Origin: Tubiluchus corallicola
Lineage: Eukaryota; Animalia; Priapulida
Assembly: GCA_030141605.1 (NCBI GenBank)
Contig: JAQGDQ010000442.1
Coordinates: forward strand, 1-64,000
Direction: 5' to 3'
DNA length: 64,000 nt
Shown here: piece after piece, positions 50,949 through 59,344 of the stretch
Layout: every line of letters begins with the position of its first letter
Numbering within the stretch: the first letter of the stretch is position 1
Position numbers and translations under genes: made by a program
The notes under the pieces: model-generated
What the model was told of the DNA's origin: nothing
Databases searched by the model: none
Seen by the model: the letters and a program-made list of their open reading frames with translations, nothing else

Positions 50949-53900
50949 GTGATGGTGATGATGATGATGATGAGAAGAAGAAGAAGATGATGATGATGAT
51001 GATGATGATGATGAGAAGAAGAAGAATGCAATATGTGCCATTTTAATGCTTCAAATTAGGTAAAAAAAGCTGTGGATAAATTAAAAAATGGCTGTGAGCA
51101 AAGTAAAAAATCGTCGTTAAAACAAAACGGTGCGTCAAGTGAGAAAAAGGTGTCAAGTGTTCAGTATCGCTAAGTGAGGAAAAGGTGTCAAATGTTCAGC
51201 ATCACTAAATGAGAAAAAGATGTCAAATGTTCAGCATAGCTAAGTGAAAAAAAGGTGTCAAATGTTCAGTATCGTTAAGTGAGAAAAAGATGTCAAATGT
51301 TCAGCATCGCCAAGTGAGAAAAAGGTGTCAAATGTTCAGTATCGTTAAGTGAGAAAAAGATGTCAAATGTTCAGCATAGCTAAGTGAAAAAAAGGTGTCA
51401 AATGTTCAGTATCGTTAAGTGAGAAAAAGATGTCAAATGTTCAGCATCGCTAAATGAGAAAAAGATGTCAAATGTTCAGCATAGCTAAGTGAAAAAAAGG
51501 TGTCAAATGTTCAGTATCGTTAAGTGAGAAAAAGATGTCAAATGTTCAGCATAGCTAAGTGAGAAAAAGGTGTCAAATGTTCAGTATCGTTAAGTGAGAA
51601 AAAGATGTCAAATGCGTCATTAACATTTAAACGTCACTAGACTGGGAGTCATTAAACGAGGACTTAATGTAGATGACTCTGTGTTTGATGTTCGTGTCTT
51701 ATTTTTCTCTTGTAGAAGGTCTGGTCACGCGAGGCTATTGCAAGCTTTGAAAATTTCGTCACTGGTAGGAACCTGTACGCTATCATTCATGAAAAACTAG
51801 AGGTATGTTTCTTCACTAATGTAGTTCATTGTTGCATCAATGTCGCATCGTTCACAGATTTTTAATTGGTCAGAAGAAAGAAGGTATTGCATCATTCAGG
51901 AGTGCATCATTCAAAATAGGCACCCCCTATTTTCACTCGATAATATTCAGTATAGTAAATCTTTTTTCTTTAGTTCTTTTTTTATACTTATACGGGACCA
52001 GAGCAAGTGAGGGTAGTACTGTTTGCTTCACAGCCCAGCACAGAGCGCTTACAGCTCAAGCAATGTCGCGTTTGGCTGCTGTGCGCATGCGACCATGCGC
52101 ACATGTCTGAGATAAGATGCTGCACTTTAGGTAGAAAGAGTACTGTCCCTCATGCAGTGTGTGTACCGGCATATTCTTGAACTGCGACAATTTAGGCTAT
52201 TCATAAGCAAACAATATTTTTTGTTTACGATTTTATCAAATTTATGCATAAATTTTCATTTGTTTCATTTTGCTCAGTATTAAAACAATGACTAAAATTT
52301 TTCTGAAGCAGCTCCCTCAGTAATTTTAGCTATGAGCTGCTATTGAAGATATTATAAGACGTATGACCTTTCTGCTACTGTATGAGCACAGACATAACTA
52401 AACAATTCTGAATTAGGTACTGTCCTAGTCAGGAGATTCTTGGCTATCCAATCATGCTGTTTATGTAAACATTTGTAAGTGATTTAATTGTATAAAATTG
52501 AGAAAAGCATGCACTTTTTAGGCACTCCAACTTAGCCTATCGAGTAGCTTAGTCTGGTGTACACTTGCATGATCATATACTCTATTTTATTGATCACCTG
52601 CTTACTACAGCTCAAGCTGGGCAGAGTTCTGCTGCTATTCCAGGAAAAACCAACCAATCAGCAAAAGTCAAATTAAGGTCGTTTCATCTTTTAACAACAA
52701 TTTCTCCTTAAAAATAGAGTAGATTTGAGGCCAAACAAGTGATACGGTACTGTGCAAACACTGCAGTTACTGAAAGCTTTTTCCAATTTTCTCGTGAAAA
52801 ATCGATTTTTAATTTGTCTAAAGTAAGCAAATGCATTTCACGTATAATTTTGCATGAAAATCCATTGTGTGAGGAGTTATTACTACAAAAATTATCAAGT
52901 ATAACGTAATCACTGCTTAGTGAGAGAGTTTTTCATGAACCCCTGCAAAATGCAGCAAACGTTTACGTCCTGAAGGAGTTAAATGCAAATACAGTAGGTG
53001 CCGCTTAATCGACTCACTTTCTTATGCAAGTTTTATTTTGACCCAATTAACCGACTGAATCTGTTAGCCAATGGGTATCGCACTACTACTACAAAAGTAC
53101 GAATCATCGCTCGTCGCCTTATTATGAATTGTAAAGGTTTTAAATCAATTTTATGAACGAAATAATTTCAAAATTCCTATGTGCAATTATTTAAGAATCA
53201 AATTTATACAAGTCAATTGATAAAAAATGAAAAAAAGTCGCACAAAGCTGATTATTACCACTACAAATTTTAAAAATTCATGCAAGGTCGGTTGCTTCAT
53301 TTCTACTTTCAAAACGTTGATTTATGAAATTCTCATAGTGATGAAAACGTTGAAAATCTGCTGCTGTATGTTGCACATATTCACGCAAAACGCTTCTAGT
53401 GTTTGAAATGCAGTTGGTGATGACGTTGTTTCCCCTGTGACAAGCAGTGGGAACTTCAAAAGGAAACTGCTGGGCTAGTGATTAAAGCATAAGAAAACCC
53501 TCCACTTACATAAAGCTTAAAAAATTCGTCTCGAAATTTTATACCACTGCCATGCATACCTTTTCGTATGCATGGCTTGCATCGGCAGTGACGCTGTATA
53601 AAACGTGTAAATTTAAACTCTCGCGATGACAGTTAGGCACAGCCATTTTAATAGTAGGTCATTTGAAACAAGTTTTGATAACATTGAGTAAAGTTTAAAA
53701 AATAATCAGAGCATCCGTAGCATATATGTTGACGGGTGAGTCATCAACATTTTACCAATTGGCACAAACATTTTAAATTATTAGTCTAGGTACATAAGTC
53801 CTTCCAGCAGGTAAGTGAAATGCTAAGTAATATAGATTTGCATGGAAAGTTTTTTTTGGGTCATAATTTGGTTTTTCTTCCTCTGATTTACGTGGCATAG

Positions 53901-56900
53901 TGACGTCATGTAATGGTGCCGTTGGAACAGTATTGCGGGAGATTTAAAATGAAAACAAACGAAAATTTCTTTCAACACGAATCCGATATGTGCATCAAAT
54001 TGCTGCATATCTAGCACATATGATAAATGTACCTGCTTATGAGCAAAGCTGTACTTAACATGACTGTTTCTACATACATTTAAGTGGACAAAATCATTAA
54101 TACTATTATCTTGTTATTAATAAGTGTTCCTGGTGTTAAGATTGTAAATAAATAATTTCGTGTAGGATGGCTCAGCTTCTGTATTCTTGTGCGACACTCG
54201 TGGCAAGGAGGACATCTACATTAACGACTTATTATGTGATGAGAAACTTGCGGTAGTGAAGCCCGTCGGATGTGCCGTGGAGGTGAGAATAAAGTGATGT
54301 TAGTTCTGGAACCATTTTTGGCTTCGTCACACCTCCTAAATCAACGTTTCCCAAACTTTTCCATTTTGTCACCCCTTTCAGTGTTACCAAACCTACCGTG
54401 ACCTCCACCTTTGTAAGCCTTCTGAAAACATACTAATTTTTAATATCGCAGATACATTATTTTAAAATTTAAAAGATTATTCACAGCAGAGAGCAATAAC
54501 AAAAACAATGTTTATTATTGTTTATTAATGTTTATTAACAAGAATTGATTTAATAATGTATTTTAATGAAAAAGACATATCTGTATATCTGTATATACAG
54601 TTGGATCCTCCATGTCCCCCCCCCCCAAAAAAAGGCTCACAAACCCTTTTGGGGGTCATGAATCACAGTTTGGGGACGACTGTCCTAGAAGCGTTATTCC
54701 TGACTGTCACCCATTCGTTACTAACCAGGTCTGTCACTGTTAAACTTCATAAAATTGCATGGCCATTGAGCCAATTGTTGGCTGTTGTTAGCAAAAAAGG
54801 CTCACAACCCTTTTGGATGTCATGAATCGCAGTTTGGGGGCCACTGTCCTAGAAGCGTTATTCCTGACAGTCATCCATTCATTACTAACCAGGTCTGGCA
54901 CTGTTAAACTTCATAAAATTGCATGGCCATTGAGCTAATTGTTGGTTGTTGTTAGCCTGTAACCTATCATTCAGTAGTTTATCATTCTCAAAGCGTCCGT
55001 AGAAACGGCCCGTTTAAAATAGGCATACATTTATGCTTATGACCAAATTTAAACAAAAGCGTTTGTGCTGTCGTAGAATTACGTGCGTTCTGCGTTATTT
55101 ATTATATTATTTTGTTGACGTTTTTTCTTTCAAGGCAAAGATGTCGGATGAGGAAGCCATTTTGGAACCTGGGCAGTCGTCTTACCATCATCATAATGCA
55201 GAAAGGAACGGGTTAAGTAAGTGTAATATGTATAAGCAATTCACTGTAAGTTGGATCTTAGTTGTGAATTTTATACAGTGGCAGCCGTAGTTAAAATTAC
55301 TGGGGTGCTGCTTCAGAAAATTTTTAGCCATTAATACTGTCTAAAACAAAATTAACATATGTAATTTTAATTTCTAATTGCAATTAAAAAAACGAACAAA
55401 AATTTATACACAAACTTGATAAAATCATAAACAAAAAAATGTTTGCTTACGAATAGCCTAAACTGCCACAGTTCAAGAATATGCCGGTACACGGTTTTTA
55501 AGTACATGAGAACTGACAACAAGCTGTATAACCGACACTCCTTTCTCTACCTAGCAGCAGATGCTAGCAGTGCAGCGTACAGCACGTTATCTCAGACATA
55601 TGGCCGCATGCGCACAACAGCCGAACAAGCTGTTGCTGGGCTGTGAAGCAAACAGTACTACCCTCGCGTGGTCTGGTTCCGCACAAGTATAAAGAAAGAA
55701 CTAAAGACATAGACATAGACATAGAACATTTATTTTCTCCAATTAGTTTAACATCAAAAGTTTTTTAAATATTAAATAATTATAATGATGGAGCAGGGCA
55801 GAGAAGGACCATAGGGTCATCTAGTCTCCTGCCCTTTCTTATAAATAGATTCGTATATTAAAAATTAACTGTGATGCTGCAGATGACAAAAACAAAAACA
55901 AATAAGAAAAAATAATAATAAAAACAGTATAAATGATACAAATTATCCAAAAAGAACTAAAAACAAAAAATAATAAAGTTAGATACCCAAATCTAAGCAA
56001 AACAATACAATTATTCAGTAATTAGGATTATTATTATATTATTATCTAAAGAAAAAAGACTTATATTGAATATTATCGATAATATTGAGTGAAAATAGGG
56101 AGTGCTGCAGTTCCACAGTACCAATACACTAGCTGTCACTGATTTTGTACGTGTCTTGCATAATGCATACAATGTTTATGTAGTATGCTCTACTAATGGT
56201 GCTTTTGTAGAAGTTTATTTAGTACATAGTTTAACGTTTTCTCCAGTCAGACAGAAATGGACATTGTATAAAACGTCGAATGCGACAAATCGTAAGGTCT
56301 ATGTAACCCCAACAGACACTGATGTTTTTTTAACATGTTACTATGATTACACAAAGAATTCGTAGTTATTATTAAACAAAAAAAACATTAATTAAATAAC
56401 TTGCCTTTTTCTGGCGAATTTTGAATGTGTGCATTGACATAAAGATCACCATGCTTTGCGTCTTCGGCGCGAGCGAGTGAGAATGACGTACGATGTACAG
56501 AAAGTATCTTTGGTCACCGATGTTTGTTTACAAATCTTTGGTGACCTCGTGATTGCAGTCATTATGACATTTGTCTCGCGTAACTAAAAGTGGCGATTCT
56601 TCAAATTTAATGCCGCAAACAACGAAGTGATAAGAAATCAAAGGAAACAAGTTTTACACTAAGTTTATAATAAGATTAATTGAATATTCATTCTTGACTT
56701 CGGTCAGTCAAATATTATAATGGATCCTGAGCAACAAAGGCTTTAAAGCACAAGAAAGGTCACTTACATGAAGCTTAAAAAAATCATTTTGAAATTTTAT
56801 GCTACTTACATACCTCCTTTTTTGCGTGCACGGTTTGCGTCGGCCGTAACGCTGTATAAAATCTGTAAATTTAAACTCCCGCGATGACTGTTAGACGCAG

Positions 56901-57934
56901 CCATTTTGATGATTAGGTGGTTTGGAACAAGTTTAGATAACACTGAGTAAAGTTTGAAAAAATAATCAGAGCATTCGTAGCATACATGTCACTAAGTAAA
57001 ATTTTAAATTACTGTATCTTGTCAATGAAAATGCACTTTTGGTTAGTGAGTGGCGCACCCTGGAGGTGAGTCGATGACATTTTGCCGTGAAAACAATTTA
57101 AATAATCAATAATTTTCTTTTTTAGTTACCTAAGTCTTTCAAACAGGTAAGCAAAATGCTAAGTAACATAACTTTGCATGGAAAGTTTTTTGGGACACGA
57201 TTTAACATTGACTTTTCTTCCCCTGATTTACATTGTGCATATATGACGTCATGTAATGGTGCCGTTGGAACAGTATTGCGGGAGATCTAAAACAAAACCA
57301 AGCAAAAATTCCTTTCAACTTGAATACAATATGGACATAAATTGCTATAAATTAATAGAATTTTTTAAGGAGATTTTTTTGAAACCTACTTCAGGTACCC
57401 TTTTCTTGTCCTTTGACCAATCAGCTGTTTCTTGCAGGTCGGAGTGTAGAAGAATCAGCTTTTTGGAGGACGGTAATACCCACCTTACGTGGCGCTCAAA
57501 GTTGCAAAACTCTCGAATCTTCCACCGCATCTCATTCGTGCAGTTCGGGCGACGCCACGCTTCAGTGTGTTTGCGATCACCATGCAAAGGACGACTATTA
57601 TGCATTTTCGGAGTGTAGTGTAAGCGAGCAACCGGAAGACTTGCAGAGCCAGGTATTGACGTCCGATGCTGTAGAGCTGCAAAGCGTCACCTCCGTCGGG
57701 ACATCCTCGTCGGAGTTGTTCCACAAGAGCAGGGCGTGTCCGTCCGACGTCTCTAGTCGTCAGTCACCCAAGCAGAGTCAAAGCGAAGATTGTCTAGAAG
57801 ACGACGCAGACATGTTTTTCTTCAGGTCCTTGCTACCTCACGTGAGAGAACTGTCCCGACAGAACAAGAGGAAGTTCCAACAAGCGACGATGACGACATT
57901 GTTTAATATTCTGTCCGAACAGGACGAACATTGA
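30782..57934 (+). CDS. TDRD5: Tudor domain-containing protein 5 (Tejas/TDRD5-type): 4x LOTUS + extended Tudor + C-terminal BESS; 15 coding exons, 834 aa
   Basis: join(30782-31478,31744-31841,35006-35062,36576-36696,37907-38019,40175-40280,41096-41157,42877-43067,47743-47887,49202-49263,50795-50864,51716-51802,54166-54282,55135-55216,57438-57934) = 2505 nt, all GT-AG, phases consistent, no internal stop. TDRD5-like signatures FPDDVV before the Tudor and VFLCDT..EDIYIN after it; a single Tudor domain favours TDRD5 over TDRD7. Confidence 0.88.
31744..31841 (+). CDS. TDRD5: TDRD5 coding exon 2 (poly-Asp linker, start of LOTUS 3)
   Basis: TTGCAG|GC...TTG|GTAAGA; GGQVGSVALPGLSVLNNDDDDDDDDEVKVNLKL; phase 1 to 0. 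Confidence 0.85.
32974..33349. mobile_element. TIR non-autonomous element, with an inverted copy at 60618-61223
   Basis: TIR AAACCTTTTCACAGTT/AATTGTGAAAAGGCTT plus an inner inverted block GGTCAAAGGTTAAGTGTACCA; superfamily uncertain. Confidence 0.75.
33916..34958. mobile_element. Tc1/mariner-type (pogo-like) non-autonomous element
   Basis: TIR CAGTAGGCGCCGCTTAAT/ATTAAGCAGCGCCTACTG preceded by TA; subterminal GAGTCAATT repeats. A related left end starts at 52992, with fragments at about 58480-58780. Confidence 0.8.
35006..35062 (+). CDS. TDRD5: TDRD5 coding exon 3 (LOTUS 3)
   Basis: TTTTAG|GTG...AAG|GTAAAT; VLDDYKNGIHVTKLQTEYK. Confidence 0.85.
35330..36230 (-). mobile_element. Non-LTR retrotransposon ORF2 C-terminus (CCHC zinc knuckle) and 3' UTR, 5'-truncated
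   Basis: ORF 35448-35876: IRLNMIKVKGNYK...CPVCGEDDDTTEHMLRC (C-x2-C...H-x3-C), typical of LINE ORF2 ends. Clade uncertain (RTE-X-like). Confidence 0.8.
36576..36696 (+). CDS. TDRD5: TDRD5 coding exon 4 (LOTUS 3)
   Basis: TTTCAG|AAG...G|GTAAGT; KLTGHDLPYKQRGFTNAVSLLDASGFHIERPDSRGDWIVT. Confidence 0.9.
36812..37461 (-). mobile_element. Kolobok-like non-autonomous element, family A copy 1
   Basis: TTAA TSD at 36808-36811 and 37462-37465; termini AGGACAAGAAAA...TTTTCGTGTGCT; homologous (inverted) to about 53486-54010 and 56747-57412. Confidence 0.75.
37560..37870. repeat. (CT)n microsatellite
   Basis: Direct reading; merges into the polypyrimidine tract of the next exon. Confidence 0.95.
37907..38019 (+). 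CDS. TDRD5: TDRD5 coding exon 5 (LOTUS 4, N-terminal half)
   Basis: TTTCAG|GT...GAA|GTAGGT; GRKQGHREVKDLYLRELCEVIDKHADGVLLSNLSEIFE. Confidence 0.87.
38165..39070. repeat. 57-bp minisatellite, about 15 copies, intronic
   Basis: Unit GTGATTAACTGTATAGGGTCATACTGCTGTCCAGTCACAATGCTTAATCAGCTTTGT. Confidence 0.97.
39682..40111 (-). mobile_element. 5S-derived SINE copy 2 (internally deleted)
   Basis: Full 5S head (about 39995-40111) and (CAA)n tail; 12-bp TSD ATAGATTTATGT at 39670-39681 and 40112-40123. Confidence 0.9.
40175..40280 (+). CDS. TDRD5: TDRD5 coding exon 6 (LOTUS 4)
   Basis: GCTTTAG|AAT...G|GTGAAA; NETGKEIYPSLFGYSSFDELADKLHGKAFCKYTVE contains the LOTUS xG...FGY.S...L signature. Confidence 0.85.
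40411..40964. mobile_element. Kolobok-like element, family B copy 2
   Basis: TTAA-flanked; homologous to 20179-20722. Confidence 0.7.
41096..41157 (+). CDS. TDRD5: TDRD5 coding exon 7
   Basis: TTTAG|GG...GAG|GTAAAT; GYVKLYPLTQGLNLDGPMSVE; phase 1 to 0. Confidence 0.8.
41205..41555 (-). mobile_element. Probable solo LTR
   Basis: TGTTGTG...CACAACA termini; minus-strand TATA (about 41426-41433) followed by AATAAA (about 41245-41250); no clear TSD. Confidence 0.5.
41788..42237 (-). mobile_element. 5S-derived SINE copy 3 (tail missing, internal deletion)
   Basis: 5S head at about 42120-42237; body homologous to copies 1, 2 and 4. Confidence 0.88.
42877..43067 (+). CDS. TDRD5: TDRD5 coding exon 8 (start of the extended Tudor domain)
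   Basis: AATAG|ATG...AA|GTGAGT; FPDDVV...CQIIHVEHPGYFHFRLL...NEIVNEM. Confidence 0.9.
43110..43667. repeat. 63-bp minisatellite, about 9 copies, intronic
   Basis: Unit TTTCCAGATAGATGGTGCTGTAATCAGTTCTATAGAGATTGTACAAAATTATAATTTTCAATC. Confidence 0.95.
45512..45863 (+). mobile_element. hAT transposon 3' remnant: frameshifted C-terminal dimerisation domain and right TIR
   Basis: QRSFSKLKLIKTHLRSSMSQERLTDL / IISIEKE...EIVQVFS; terminus CCTCTGCACGCCACTG. Confidence 0.85.
46088..46680. mobile_element. Tc1/mariner (pogo/Tigger-like) MITE, copy 2
   Basis: TA|CAGTGTTCCCTC...GAGGGAACATTG|TA. Confidence 0.88.
47743..47887 (+). CDS. TDRD5: TDRD5 coding exon 9 (Tudor core)
   Basis: TTCCAG|T...GAG|GTAGGG; GQPCAARNEGGDWRRAKVTGVAGLDFVE. 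Confidence 0.92.
47910..48533. mobile_element. piggyBac-like MITE
   Basis: TTAA|CCCTTTCACTACG...CGTAGTGAAAGGG|TTAA, a perfect 13-bp TIR. Confidence 0.9.
49202..49263 (+). CDS. TDRD5: TDRD5 coding exon 10 (Tudor core)
   Basis: TTTTCAG|GTG...AA|GTAGGT; VFFVDFGDYSRVASSDCRLLK. Confidence 0.92.
49342..49798 (+). mobile_element. hAT-type MITE (CAGTGGC termini), copy 1; others at about 51920-52345 (-) and 55276-56141 (+)
   Basis: Termini CAGTGGCAGCTCGT...ATGAGCCGCCGCTC; shared interior TGCGCATGCGCACA...GAAGCAAACAGTACTACC. Confidence 0.75.
49850..50236. repeat. Compound pentanucleotide microsatellite (TAAGA/TAAGC/TGAGG/TGAGA)
   Basis: Direct reading. Confidence 0.97.
50795..50864 (+). CDS. TDRD5: TDRD5 coding exon 11
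   Basis: ATTAG|G...GGG|GTGAGT; SCFMKPPTLALQGMLAAVAPIDG matches the eTudor F..LP.QA....L..V.P pattern. Confidence 0.9.
50878..51026. repeat. (TGA)n/(AGA)n microsatellite
   Basis: Direct reading. Confidence 0.95.
51137..51614. repeat. 34/35-bp minisatellite, about 14 copies
   Basis: Unit AAGTGAGAAAAAGGTGTCAAATGTTCAGTATCGCT, with two variants alternating in part of the array. Confidence 0.95.
51716..51802 (+). CDS. TDRD5: TDRD5 coding exon 12
   Basis: TTGTAG|AAG...GAG|GTATGT; KVWSREAIASFENFVTGRNLYAIIHEKLE (eTudor WS.EA...F motif). Confidence 0.92.
52992..54075. mobile_element. pogo-like element (family of 33916-34958) with a nested Kolobok-like family A copy
   Basis: Left TIR TA|CAGTAGGTGCCGCTTAAT; nested TTAA|AGCATAAGAAAA at about 53486. 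Confidence 0.65.
54166..54282 (+). CDS. TDRD5: TDRD5 coding exon 13 (end of the extended Tudor domain)
   Basis: GTGTAG|GAT...GAG|GTGAGA; SVFLCDTRGKEDIYINDLLCDEKLAVV. Confidence 0.92.
54629..54956. repeat. Tandem duplication of about 165 bp, including the right end of a Charlie-type hAT MITE (about 54342-54682)
   Basis: AAAAAGGCTCACAA...GTTGTTAGC occurs twice; MITE ends AACGTTTCCCAAACT...AGTTTGGGGACGACTG. Confidence 0.8.
55135..55216 (+). CDS. TDRD5: TDRD5 coding exon 14 (linker)
   Basis: TTTTTTCTTTCAAG|GCA...A|GTAAGT; AKMSDEEAILEPGQSSYHHHNAERNGL; phase 0 to 1. Supported by splice signals and phase only. Confidence 0.7.
55276..56141 (+). mobile_element. hAT MITE copy with a nested non-LTR 3' fragment (55708-56045, minus strand)
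   Basis: CAGTGGCAGC...GCTGTCACTG with 8-bp TSD ATTTTATA/ATTTTGTA; the nested insert is flanked by CTAAAGA at 55701-55707 and 56046-56052. Confidence 0.85.
56747..57412 (+). mobile_element. Kolobok-like element, family A copy 3
   Basis: TTAA|AGCACAAGAAA...TTTCTTGTCCT|TTGA; homologous to 36812-37461. Confidence 0.75.
57438..57934 (+). CDS. TDRD5: Terminal coding exon: Ser-rich linker and BESS motif
   Basis: TTTCTTGCAG|GT acceptor in phase 1; the open frame ends EDDADMFFFRSLLPHVRELSRQNKRKFQQATMTTLFNILSEQDEH*, matching the remembered BESS pattern D.D..FF.SL.P.++.L....K..F+.....++. Visibly GC-richer than its flanks. Confidence 0.8.
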
Positions 57935-59188
57935 ATTCTCTTTTTACTCCACGACGGCCTTGACCAAAGACCGGTTAGTGTGATAGATACAAGTCTTCCA
58001 AAAGCATTGCATTTATTTATTGAACTGTGTTCATTTAAGTGCTCAAAGGACTGCCTGGCTTCTCTGGACAATTACCTGGGTTTATTTCTTTTAAGAGAAG
58101 CCACTCTAGCTAATTAAAAAAATTCTTATTGACTCTTAATTGTACATAACTGTGCGGTTTTACCATTACGAGGAAAGTTCTCTTTCTTTTCAAAGAACAA
58201 ATGTTAACGGTTCCACACGAAGTTTTCCCGGTAAAATTTGAACTGGCAGTGAGTTTGTTGATTAAGAAATTTTTGAGTTTAGAGAAACAAGAATTGGAAA
58301 TAAGGAAAACTGTAGCAAAGTAAACAAAAAAACAGGAAAAAAATTAAAGTGCATGGCCTTCAGATTATCATTATGAAAAATTGTAATTCGTAGTTTTTGA
58401 AAATCACTGATGAATGGTTAATATTATTTACATTGCCCGTTTAAAAATACAGTACTTGTTGTTTATTAGACTCAGAAATGCCTGGTACGGGTCTCCCCTA
58501 ATAAAATGTATATAAAAAATGGCAAAAATTGACTCAAATAACTCCGCATAATTGACTCCGTATTTCTGCTTCAGACACTTGTGTGTCTTTGTGACCAAAA
58601 AGCTTTTACTGTTTTTATTGATTTCTTTTTATTTATTTATTTTTTTTGATTTCTAAATGTACATAAAAACAGTCATGTTAGGTACAGCCTTGTTTGTAAG
58701 CAGGTACATTTGTCATATGCACTAAATTGCTAACGTAGCAGTTTTGCTTTGAATCTGTCACCCGCTTGTCCGCTGCAGTTAACCTAGTTTAGGGATGAGA
58801 ATTTTCCGTGGATAAGCGGAATTCCGAGTTTTTGGAATACCAGTAGCGCCATTTTTGTAAATCGTGTAAATTCGTTGAGAACATTTTTACGGACCCAGTA
58901 CATTATTTCACAAGCTGACCGCTAGCTGGCAGGCCGTCACTTTGTTTACATCACGTACATCAGTGTAACCACGTGTATAAAAATATAGAATCAATTGTGC
59001 GGAGTTATTTGAGTCAATTGCAGAGTTTTTATATACTTTTGCATAGGAGCGGCCAGTACTTACGCGTTTTGAGACAGTTAGGTATCATGTATCCTTGATA
59101 GTTGGGTATTTTAAATTATGCATGAAACAAGGTAACTGATATTTTAAGTCCAGTGGTTTGTTTTTGTAGTTTCTGCTGTTCTTCACAG

Positions 59189-59344
59189 GAGAAACAAGGT
59201 CATCACACCAACTGTGGCTCAAGCACTAGGCGACTAGATGATTTCGGTGAACATGTGCAGCAAACAGCAACAGATTTTCAACAGTTTTATCATTATGAGA
59301 ATTTCATAAATCAACTTCTTCGTGAAGCAACCAACCTTGCATGA
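59189..59344 (+). CDS. Candidate alternative terminal exon of TDRD5
   Basis: Strong acceptor TTTCTGCTGTTCTTCACAG; phase-0 frame EKQGHHTNCGSSTRRLDDFGEHVQQTATDFQQFYHYENFINQLLREATNLA*; no recognised domain. Confidence 0.35.
   Translation, partial: EKQGHHTNCGSSTRRLDDFGEHVQQTATDFQQFYHYENFINQLLREATNLA

Noticed and set aside
38165-51614. 57-, 63- and 35-bp arrays as CRISPR arrays
   Set aside because: The units are head-to-tail with no unique spacers, there are no cas genes, and the context is eukaryotic introns; these are minisatellites.
56400-56745. Separate MADF-BESS gene or Harbinger ORF upstream of the BESS exon
   Set aside because: No MADF-like peptide (W...Y...W...W..LR..Y) or suitable start exon was found by eye between 55217 and 57437; that interval is mostly accounted for by TEs.
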